DNA of 43,376 nt from a virus (taxonomy: Duplodnaviria > Caudoviricetes): the IMG/VR virus record IMGVR_UViG_3300027813_000025, positions 1 through 43,376 of that record. The stretch is one strand, 5' to 3'. A program made the position numbers and the translations under genes. Shown here one piece after another: positions 17,401-24,312 of the stretch (positions within the stretch are counted from its first letter, which is position 1; every line of letters starts with the position of its first letter). The notes under the pieces were generated by a model. The model ran no database searches, was not told the origin of the DNA, and worked only from the letters and a program-made list of their open reading frames with translations.

Positions 17401-20400
17401 CAACTACTACTGGTGTTCCTGGATTGGCTTGACAGAATGCAACTTGTCCAGCATCAAGTATAGCCTCGTGACTATGTGATGCGCCATTAATTGCATTAGG
17501 AGTTATTGTGAAGTGTGCAGATAGTCCAGCTGGATTCTCTTCTAGAGAATATAGATGACCAGTAGTGCCCTGCCAGCCCGTACTCCAATCTCCGAATATA
17601 TATTTGTCTTGCAGTCCAGTTAAAAGACTACCTTGATAAACAAAGCCACCCATAATACTAATACCAGTTCCGTGGCTGTATTCGTGAATAGGGGATTTTA
17701 GAGATATTAGGAATTCTTGAGTAGTTGCAAATCCTTGGTCAATTGCCATTTGGTTAATGACTGCTTGGTCTTCTTCAAAGTAGTGATATGCTTCCATCAC
17801 TCTCCAACCATAGTTACCACCAGATTCGATGATATTAATTTCTTCAAATTTGTTTTGTCCAACATCTGCGGCCCATAATTTTCCGTCAGAAGCAAACGAG
17901 AATCTCCAAGGATTACGTAATCCATATGCAAAGATTTCTTCTCTAAACATTTCCCCGTCAGTTTTATATGGTTTTGCATTAACTCCAGTGAATGGATTAT
18001 CAGCAGGTATTGAATACGGCATACCAGTGGCAGTATCTGGGTCAACGTCAATTCTAAGGATTTTTCCTAATAGAACTGTTGGGTTCTGAGCATTACCATA
18101 TACTCCGTGTCCGAATCCCGCTTGAGTGTTATTCGATGTATATCCCATATCTCCTGCGTTACCACCATCTCCAAATCCAATATAAAGATAACCGTCTGGA
18201 CCAAATACTAATTGTCCACCGTTATGATTCATATCAGGTTGAGGCTGTGTGATTAAATTACGTTCAGTTGTGATATCAACACTATAATTGTCTGTTGGGT
18301 CCGCAGTGAATTCAGAAATCATCGATGTAGAAAGTGGATATCCATAACTACCAGTCGATGGCCCTTGCTCTGTCATATAATAGACGTAGAAACGCCCGTT
18401 CGTTGAGAACGACGGATGGAAGGCGATTCCTAGAGCGCCACGCTCATCGTATGCACCAAATGGTCCAATTCCAATCGTCAAGTTAATTGATGTGTAATCG
18501 AAAAATACTTCTTTGACACCAGTTGTAGTGTGTAGTAGATATGCAATTCCAGATTGGTCAACAATAACAATTTTGTCAGGGTCGAGAGGCCATTCTTGAA
18601 TTGTAGCAATGTCTGTCGTTTGGTCAGATACTAAGACTGAGCCTAGCAAATCACCAACATCGCCTGTGCCCGGCACCTGTTGAATAAAATTAGATGAATA
18701 TAATTCAATCCAATCTACATTAGGAATTAAATCAGATGGCCAAGTTTGTTTATGATGGAATGTGAATGTGGCATCACCTAAGAATGTTGCTACAGTGGCA
18801 TCATCTAATGAATTAAATACATTTTGCTGTAAATTCATTATATTGCCAGAATAGTCAACACCGTCAGTTACGGTTTGGTCGACAGGCAATTCTGGTTTAT
18901 AATTGTAACATATCCAAGTGGTAACTGGAGTATAAACAAATCCGTGCGTTAAATCGTTACCTTGAAAATCAGTAAAGTCGGCAAGTATGTCGCCGTTATC
19001 TAGGTAAACTCCCGATGACCAATCAGCATTATAAGTGACTAAGTATTCGTGATAATGAGCAGACGTAATATTGCCATTTGCATCTGCAACAGTTCCTCCT
19101 TGGAATATACCATTTGCATCTGTTTCAGGAACACCATTAGTAGTTATTCCTATATTATCATATAGAGTAACAGAAGAGATATCGCCATCAATTAATTGTC
19201 TTGCTTGCGCCCGACTCATTGGATTAGCAACACGACCTCTTTGTCTATCTACAATTTGATACTCTACAAATTTATGAACGTGCCCAGAGGCTTCTGGCAA
19301 AAATGATGTTGTATGAACATCTGCTAATAGTTCAGGAATCTCAAATGCGTCACGTTCCATCAATGCTCGTGCTTGAGCATATGAAAGTCCATTGGCAGTT
19401 ACTGCTTTTCCGTGAACTTCTAAATTTGGTATTGGGTCACCATTAAAAGCGTGAACGTGGTAAGCGGCCGCTCCAACATTCATCAATGGCAATTCAAGTC
19501 CTTTGGTAACTTTTGTTGCAACTAGTGGAGCAAATCCATTCTTCTTTCCGTGGGAATGTATCTCTGTAGGAGCATTTTCAAATGCTTGTATCTGTACAGA
19601 ATCGATAACATCATTCGTTTGTCCATAAATTTTCTTAACAATAGTATCTTCTCTATTACTCTCAAAGAACTGGTAACTCTTTTCAGGAGCATATTTCGAT
19701 TCTGGGATGAATGCTTCAACCCATTCCACAACTTTTTGAAGTGCGGTAAATACAGTTAACGCATAAACATCACAAGAAATCATTCGACCGTCTGTAGTTG
19801 AATCTAAGTTATCATTAATGATTAACTCTGATACAGATGGTGGGAACTCTGTAATAGGCAGAACTTTGAGAAGATTGTAAAAATCAAACGTAACTTCTTC
19901 TGGCCAAGCCCTAATGTTGTTCTTGATATCATCATTAAGAACGCCTATTGTATATAATTTTTCAGTTAGTTTTGTACCAATTGTTTTGATATCTTCTTTA
20001 GCAGTGACTATATCGACACCAAAATGCTCTCCTGCATCAGTCCATCTTTCAGGAGTGATTAGTGCAGAACGGCTATCAAGGTTATTCATTATCTCAATGA
20101 TATACTCATCGAAGCCTTTCTCAAGGAAGACTCCAAATCCTGTATGAGCCCTGCCAACAGAACCGTGTTGTTCTGATTCTTGGTCCCAAATATCAACTGC
20201 AACATCAAGATACGAGAATATAGCAACCATTAACTTGGCATAATCTGTAGGTAATTCGATTACCAAATCAACTGTAGAGCGGAACGAGAATTCAGCAAAC
20301 AGTTTAAGTCCGACTGGGTGAACTAGTTTCTTTAGAACTTCTCTATATGATTGAATAGGTACATTTGACCTAACAACATACGAGAAATCTTGGTAGTAAT

Positions 20401-21787
20401 CGTTATCTTGTAGTTTTCTATCAGAGGATAAGAATGCACCAGAATCTAACCAACGACCATTCGTTTTCCATACTGCGGTTTTTACGAGTGGCTGAGTTTC
20501 TAAATTTAATAGAACTTCACATTCTTCTCGTGTTAGAGGAGGAGTATCGATACCCGTTAGAATGTCGTGTTGAACGTCTTGAAGTATTTTTGATATTTCG
20601 ACTACTGGGAACCAAACAAGGAATGCAGATTCGCCAAAGTAAGGGGAATTCTTATCCATACCGCCAGGGTGCATTGCGGCTTTACAATCAATCTCAGTAG
20701 TGTATGTGCCTAATGTAGGCCAATCTGTAGACGTAGAACAAAATGATTCAGATGGGTTTTCCCAATAATTATTAGCGGCTACGTTGAATAGTTTCTCACC
20801 GAGTTCAAAATCACCACTTACTTCTAATAGATTAAACTTAGTCCAATCAGTATCAGTTTTGCTAATAACGGCAGTCGATTGAGAAGTTAATCCTTTTACT
20901 AAAGAACCACCCTCTCTGTTAATACCAGCGGCGTGAAGATAGTGAACTTCATTTGGATGACCAGTGATATTAATCCACTTATCAGTCCATCTATGTCCGT
21001 TAACAATACATTCACCTTCGGTTCTTATGCCGTCAGAGATGATTAGTGCTTTATACGGAATTACTCCTGAAGTTCCTACATCTTCAAATATTAATTCGTC
21101 TTTTAAGAATACACCATTTACTTCTGTTAATAGTATTTTCTCATAATCTGTTGTTGATAGGGACTCGTCCATATCCACGAATGCTGTTGCACCAGACGTT
21201 TGACCTATAATCTTTTTGTTGTATATGTCACGTACAGTCGCAGGCAATTGTACATAATCAGTCGCACCATAATACTCGTGGTTAACGTCTGAAGATGCGT
21301 GGTCAGTTAGTACCGTAAGCCACTGCGGCTCATACCATACAGAACCAGAAGCGTTCATTATCCATTGTTTTGGATACATCGTATCAACATCTGTATTGAA
21401 ATCTCTCCTGAAGAGGAATTCTAGTGCAGAGGTAGTACCCTTCTGCCTATATACAGGTTGAATATTCTTTGTAAGGAAGGATTTGTCTGTGGTTTCAACC
21501 GTTGGGTCAATAGAAGTGTGAGGAGTACCGTGTAGATACTTCGCCTCAAACTCTGGAATAAAGTTGTCGAGTGCGTGGTCAACATCGATATTCTGAATTA
21601 AATCGGTTATCTGATTATATTCACCTAGTTCACCGTTTACACCAGTTTCACGTTCCAAATACTCAAAGTATTTCCGTATGAACGTGATGAACATAGGATG
21701 GTCTTCCCGAACATAGTCGGGAACCATTCTCTCCACAAAGACAGATAAAAACTTAGCAGGAGTTTTAGTAAAGTTATCGTTAGCCAT
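14456..21787 (-). CDS. gp7: gp7-like baseplate wedge protein, 2443 aa, extended with HxH repeats and a glucose/sorbosone dehydrogenase-like beta-propeller
   Basis: N-terminal VPDYVREDHPMFITFIRKYFEYLE and YRQKGT, plus FLSSDRKLQDNDYYQDFSYVVRS...VHPVGLKLF, are wedge motifs. It lies between gp6 and gp8. GSDH motifs fall at about 17075-18660. Confidence 0.8.
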   Translation of the reverse strand: MANDNFTKTPAKFLSVFVERMVPDYVREDHPMFITFIRKYFEYLERETGVNGELGEYNQITDLIQNIDVDHALDNFIPEFEAKYLHGTPHTSIDPTVETTDKSFLTKNIQPVYRQKGTTSALEFLFRRDFNTDVDTMYPKQWIMNASGSVWYEPQWLTVLTDHASSDVNHEYYGATDYVQLPATVRDIYNKKIIGQTSGATAFVDMDESLSTTDYEKILLTEVNGVFLKDELIFEDVGTSGVIPYKALIISDGIRTEGECIVNGHRWTDKWINITGHPNEVHYLHAAGINREGGSLVKGLTSQSTAVISKTDTDWTKFNLLEVSGDFELGEKLFNVAANNYWENPSESFCSTSTDWPTLGTYTTEIDCKAAMHPGGMDKNSPYFGESAFLVWFPVVEISKILQDVQHDILTGIDTPPLTREECEVLLNLETQPLVKTAVWKTNGRWLDSGAFLSSDRKLQDNDYYQDFSYVVRSNVPIQSYREVLKKLVHPVGLKLFAEFSFRSTVDLVIELPTDYAKLMVAIFSYLDVAVDIWDQESEQHGSVGRAHTGFGVFLEKGFDEYIIEIMNNLDSRSALITPERWTDAGEHFGVDIVTAKEDIKTIGTKLTEKLYTIGVLNDDIKNNIRAWPEEVTFDFYNLLKVLPITEFPPSVSELIINDNLDSTTDGRMISCDVYALTVFTALQKVVEWVEAFIPESKYAPEKSYQFFESNREDTIVKKIYGQTNDVIDSVQIQAFENAPTEIHSHGKKNGFAPLVATKVTKGLELPLMNVGAAAYHVHAFNGDPIPNLEVHGKAVTANGLSYAQARALMERDAFEIPELLADVHTTSFLPEASGHVHKFVEYQIVDRQRGRVANPMSRAQARQLIDGDISSVTLYDNIGITTNGVPETDANGIFQGGTVADANGNITSAHYHEYLVTYNADWSSGVYLDNGDILADFTDFQGNDLTHGFVYTPVTTWICYNYKPELPVDQTVTDGVDYSGNIMNLQQNVFNSLDDATVATFLGDATFTFHHKQTWPSDLIPNVDWIELYSSNFIQQVPGTGDVGDLLGSVLVSDQTTDIATIQEWPLDPDKIVIVDQSGIAYLLHTTTGVKEVFFDYTSINLTIGIGPFGAYDERGALGIAFHPSFSTNGRFYVYYMTEQGPSTGSYGYPLSTSMISEFTADPTDNYSVDITTERNLITQPQPDMNHNGGQLVFGPDGYLYIGFGDGGNAGDMGYTSNNTQAGFGHGVYGNAQNPTVLLGKILRIDVDPDTATGMPYSIPADNPFTGVNAKPYKTDGEMFREEIFAYGLRNPWRFSFASDGKLWAADVGQNKFEEINIIESGGNYGWRVMEAYHYFEEDQAVINQMAIDQGFATTQEFLISLKSPIHEYSHGTGISIMGGFVYQGSLLTGLQDKYIFGDWSTGWQGTTGHLYSLEENPAGLSAHFTITPNAINGASHSHEAILDAGQVAFCQANPGTPVVVVQSDVTHAHLYTHTFSIIWNATFNTWNLIAQTNQENHDVFTFIEYNGNVGYTRKSLSFWDPVTEVVTLTTHNESVMTMGQDSSGELYISTRVGIDSYQGSGINNCDIHKLTETFDSSTATGAAAQIPASEMAHVHGYKIVYNVDTELFSALEISDIEMTVWDAFFPIWHWNLPQSHIHPVITSWSGLIDEDILLGSSAGWHLNPTSLVWEPYDTGADTPWQAITDDNDGSSFYIEYAPIVEILGANEYGENAHIHYFNSESLDSFGPNSDRIAVPITRVQADSLANGGVTSVEVYSSIEDSGQHQHYHVYKIMWNLSTQQFVADEMAEMWDLNGTGQFSAVETHLRTHEHTLLVNGITTHLGWNGTPLYTAPDITLSNAHDWDNLEGSQLDHVHAFNGTNLDTLGSHTGRQSVALDNNQATDLINGEVAEIKVFSSIANGDHYHGVTITYDANTLSFVALDTEKWESSDGHQFYSADPRSHAHPTNVSNLFSRPGYNQIMEILPTFASPGYPYPGGSHPHFHNSTVVGPFAEGVLTGQISYAHGMTIAQAMQLIDGTVDFVTIYDSIEGAHFHEYTIKWNTVDNIFYAFWSTTWIKGGIEDALQDPAKYYVSQVEMAAEGLHWHNLTIDWNPNLQLVPQQTGGSIYTTKTTSTDEVLSASPSIVITQQSTELLPVTTTYNDQPATGDTTIVVTYSDLITTTTTSTTQITTTTTDVVYYSDFEDLTTVGDPVYTSAITTSASSNEVEDLTERKTYLNTVLQANNPPIVQMQPSFMAGIGSHDHLLYEGCSLDSAGVNAGRTCEPITLLQANELINQQNANYGIIFFDSPNGAQSHYHGYSIKFNPNQGLKGTFNCSGISQWDIVPGTSTYVHKFTLSGGFHSHDYWISQADYVSLIGGTYITTPQRDDTHRTSYTHEIVIAWTGSTFDLISQTSPFDNHDTISYLGSVPIGGQWSQNTAGSGAGDHVHGVTVNDSNVWPVPA
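16208..19461. repeat. 23-bp exact dispersed repeat (16208-16230 and 19439-19461) encoding HVHAFNG
   Basis: accattaaaagcgtgaacgtggt is present at both positions, marking duplicated His-repeat units. Confidence 0.8.
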
Positions 21788-21805
21788 TTGTTACTAATTC
21801 CCCAA

Positions 21806-23566
21806 TCAATTTATACTTTGCATCGTTACACTACTGTTATTTAGTATTAACAAATTACTTCTTATGGCAGTAATGTCATTAGATTGCGGTGTAGCGTACA
21901 AACTAATTACTGAGTTAGTGTCAAGAACTGGTCTAAAACCAATCAACTCTATAATTCCATTTTCATAATCGACCGTTCCTTGTTCTGTATTCAAAAATTG
22001 TTCGTTTACAATATCGTATAATAGTATGTTCCCTTGACCATCATCAAGTAGAGCATATTGTGTTCCAGTATCTGAGTTTCCAAATACAGAGGAGACCGCA
22101 GTACCAGGAGTAATTGCGTTATCATATTTAAAGATATAGTTACCAACTGTGTTGGATGCTTGAATGTAGAATTTCTTATAGAATTTAATAGAAGTTAAGT
22201 TGTTACTAATAGATTCATCTGCAACATCAATAACACTTCCGAGTCTAGAATATCTCATAGTGACTTTAAATGCACTGATTTCTGAATCAAAGAATTGTTT
22301 AATATCAGCAATAATCTTTGATTGAATTTCTCCAGCAGACAATGAAGTCAGTACAGGATTATATTTAACTGTAGTAAGAACATCAAGATATGTATATTCT
22401 GGTGCAGTGATAATAGGGTTAATCGCCAACATATTATATTTTGCTAATATGTCAGTAGTTAATTTTTGTTTAGTGAGAGGCGATAGTTCAAGCCCGTGTT
22501 TAGGCTTAATACAAATGAATACTGCTCCATACTGAGGAGGGTCATTATCTTCTCCGCCCCAAACTGCAATAGAATCAATATTAGGATACTTCTCAATAAG
22601 AATCGTCTTGTAATCTTCTGCCGTAACTGCTCTGTCTTGACGTTCATAGGCACGAGGCGCAGTCAACTTGATATTATCAGTTGATTCTGCCGAAGCACCA
22701 AGAGATGATATATCTACAGTGTTTAGCGTGACTTGGCTCGCTGTATAGACGTTATCAATAGTCGATTCAAGTGCAAACGTCTGTTCATTAATAGTTGAAG
22801 TGTAGTTACCTGGCGCACCTTGTGTAGAAAGATACGTAATTTGAATTTTCTGTCCATCAAGAGGAATCTTTCCGAAGATTCCATTACCAAAGTAAATCTC
22901 TGATACTCCATCAAGTCCTTCTTGAAGGAAGTATGAAAGTGAACTAGGACTCATTTCAGATAATACTTTTCCGTTATCCCAAGGCTTATCGTTCACAAGC
23001 ATTGTAATTGTAGAGCGGTCACAAGTTTCATCTTTAATGAAGAATTGTTGTCCGTCAGCGGAGGAATCAAATGTCCATTCAAGGGCTTTTAATCTGCCTT
23101 GATGGAGTTTAATTTCTCCTGTGAACTCGCCACCCTCATCAGCGAAAATGTTGATTGTGCTAAGGTTAGTAAATACTTGAGGTACGCCTGTAATGTTAGA
23201 AACAAACTGAGTGCCCTTTTCAATAATAATATATTGGGGGTCATATCCAGTCGTGTCGAATGTTAATTTAACAATGGCTTCAGAGGCGGTAACTGATTTT
23301 GGAATATATCCAATTGCTTTTGCGTGAGATACTACAGAATTACGTAGCGTAGCCGTATCCAGGAACGCTTCGTTGATTGCCATATTAGTATGAAATCCCA
23401 TATAATGAGTAGTGTATGCCATAATATCAAGCATTACACTCATACCAGAGCCATCAAAGTCGTAATCTAAGAACTCATTCTGTCCTTTTAGAAAGGTTTT
23501 AATATTCTTCTTAATTCCATCAAACTCTAGGTCCGATAAATCTAATGCTTTTGTATTCTTTGCCAT
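21806..23566 (-). CDS. gp6: Baseplate wedge subunit gp6
   Basis: LEFDGIKKNIKTFL...DYDFDGSGMSVMLDIMAYTTHY, EAFLDTATLRNSVVSHAK, QDRAVTAEDY and WGGEDNDPPQYGAVFI. Confidence 0.95.
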   Translation of the reverse strand: MAKNTKALDLSDLEFDGIKKNIKTFLKGQNEFLDYDFDGSGMSVMLDIMAYTTHYMGFHTNMAINEAFLDTATLRNSVVSHAKAIGYIPKSVTASEAIVKLTFDTTGYDPQYIIIEKGTQFVSNITGVPQVFTNLSTINIFADEGGEFTGEIKLHQGRLKALEWTFDSSADGQQFFIKDETCDRSTITMLVNDKPWDNGKVLSEMSPSSLSYFLQEGLDGVSEIYFGNGIFGKIPLDGQKIQITYLSTQGAPGNYTSTINEQTFALESTIDNVYTASQVTLNTVDISSLGASAESTDNIKLTAPRAYERQDRAVTAEDYKTILIEKYPNIDSIAVWGGEDNDPPQYGAVFICIKPKHGLELSPLTKQKLTTDILAKYNMLAINPIITAPEYTYLDVLTTVKYNPVLTSLSAGEIQSKIIADIKQFFDSEISAFKVTMRYSRLGSVIDVADESISNNLTSIKFYKKFYIQASNTVGNYIFKYDNAITPGTAVSSVFGNSDTGTQYALLDDGQGNILLYDIVNEQFLNTEQGTVDYENGIIELIGFRPVLDTNSVISLYATPQSNDITAIRSNLLILNNSSVTMQSIN

Positions 23567-23572
23567 TTTCTG

Positions 23573-23980
23573 CTACCTCAATCTATTTAAGAAGAAATCT
23601 AATTGTACTGGTGAGCCAGAGTTTATGGGAGTATATGCAATGGTTACATCATATCCATTCTTATCTGGGTCTGCTTTGACCACGACACTTTGTAACTCAA
23701 TACGAGGTTCAAACGTATTAATAGCCTGTTGGATTGCCCCTTCCAGTATAACACGAGTTTCAGTAATCATTGGCTCAAACAGTGAACTGTATATGGTAGA
23801 GCCGAAATCCTTCTGAAAAACTCGTTCTCCTTGCTTTGTCTTTATGATATTAATTACCGAACCATTGATAGCATCCACATCTGAACGACCAACTATATCG
23901 TTGGTCATAGGATGTACCAACATATCGAGGTCTAAATCTCGATATTTTCTGCTTCTCATCGTTCTAATAGGTGCCGGCAT
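23573..23980 (-). CDS. gp25: Baseplate wedge subunit gp25
   Basis: YRDLDL...HPMTND, GERVFQKDFGS and FEPRIEL. Confidence 0.93.
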   Translation of the reverse strand: MPAPIRTMRSRKYRDLDLDMLVHPMTNDIVGRSDVDAINGSVINIIKTKQGERVFQKDFGSTIYSSLFEPMITETRVILEGAIQQAINTFEPRIELQSVVVKADPDKNGYDVTIAYTPINSGSPVQLDFFLNRLR

Positions 23981-24004
23981 TCTTAAATTCCTCTGTATAT
24001 ACTA

Positions 24005-24012
24005 TATTTATA
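24005..24012 (-). promoter_or_regulatory. T4-type late promoter TATAAATA upstream of gp25
   Basis: tatttata on the plus strand in the PAAR-gp25 gap. Confidence 0.78.
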
Positions 24013-24013
24013 C

Positions 24014-24304
24014 TTATCCGTTGGTAATCACATCACCAGAACCCGTTTGATTTGAAGAGCCACAGTCAATAGCATCACCAATTCTTGCAAGAGGCAAACT
24101 GTTTACGAATACATTAGGGCTTCCAGATGCTTGTGCGCCACCGTGGTCAACACATACTGGACATCCGTGTTCGTTCCAAGGGTCGCCAACTCTATGAGCA
24201 CCCAAACTATTTATCAATACATTACCAGAAGCACCAGCATTATCTCGTGATGGATAACATCCGTGACCTGTGCATATATCAGTTAATCTTACGGAACCTG
24301 GCAT
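24014..24304 (-). CDS. gp5.4: PAAR-repeat spike tip protein (gp5.4-like)
   Basis: RLTDICTGHGCYP, GSPNVFVNSLPLARIGDAIDCGS and TGSGDVITNG. Confidence 0.92.
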   Translation of the reverse strand: MPGSVRLTDICTGHGCYPSRDNAGASGNVLINSLGAHRVGDPWNEHGCPVCVDHGGAQASGSPNVFVNSLPLARIGDAIDCGSSNQTGSGDVITNG

Positions 24305-24312
24305 CTTTATCC

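Noticed and set aside
17075-18660. GSDH domain as a classic stand-alone auxiliary metabolic gene
   Set aside because: It is in frame within a baseplate wedge ORF, has no separate start or signal peptide, and is itself interrupted by a phage His module.
23573-23980. gp25 as a lysozyme
   Set aside because: This is a historical family label. gp25 is a structural sheath-initiating wedge subunit, and no catalytic motif is evident.
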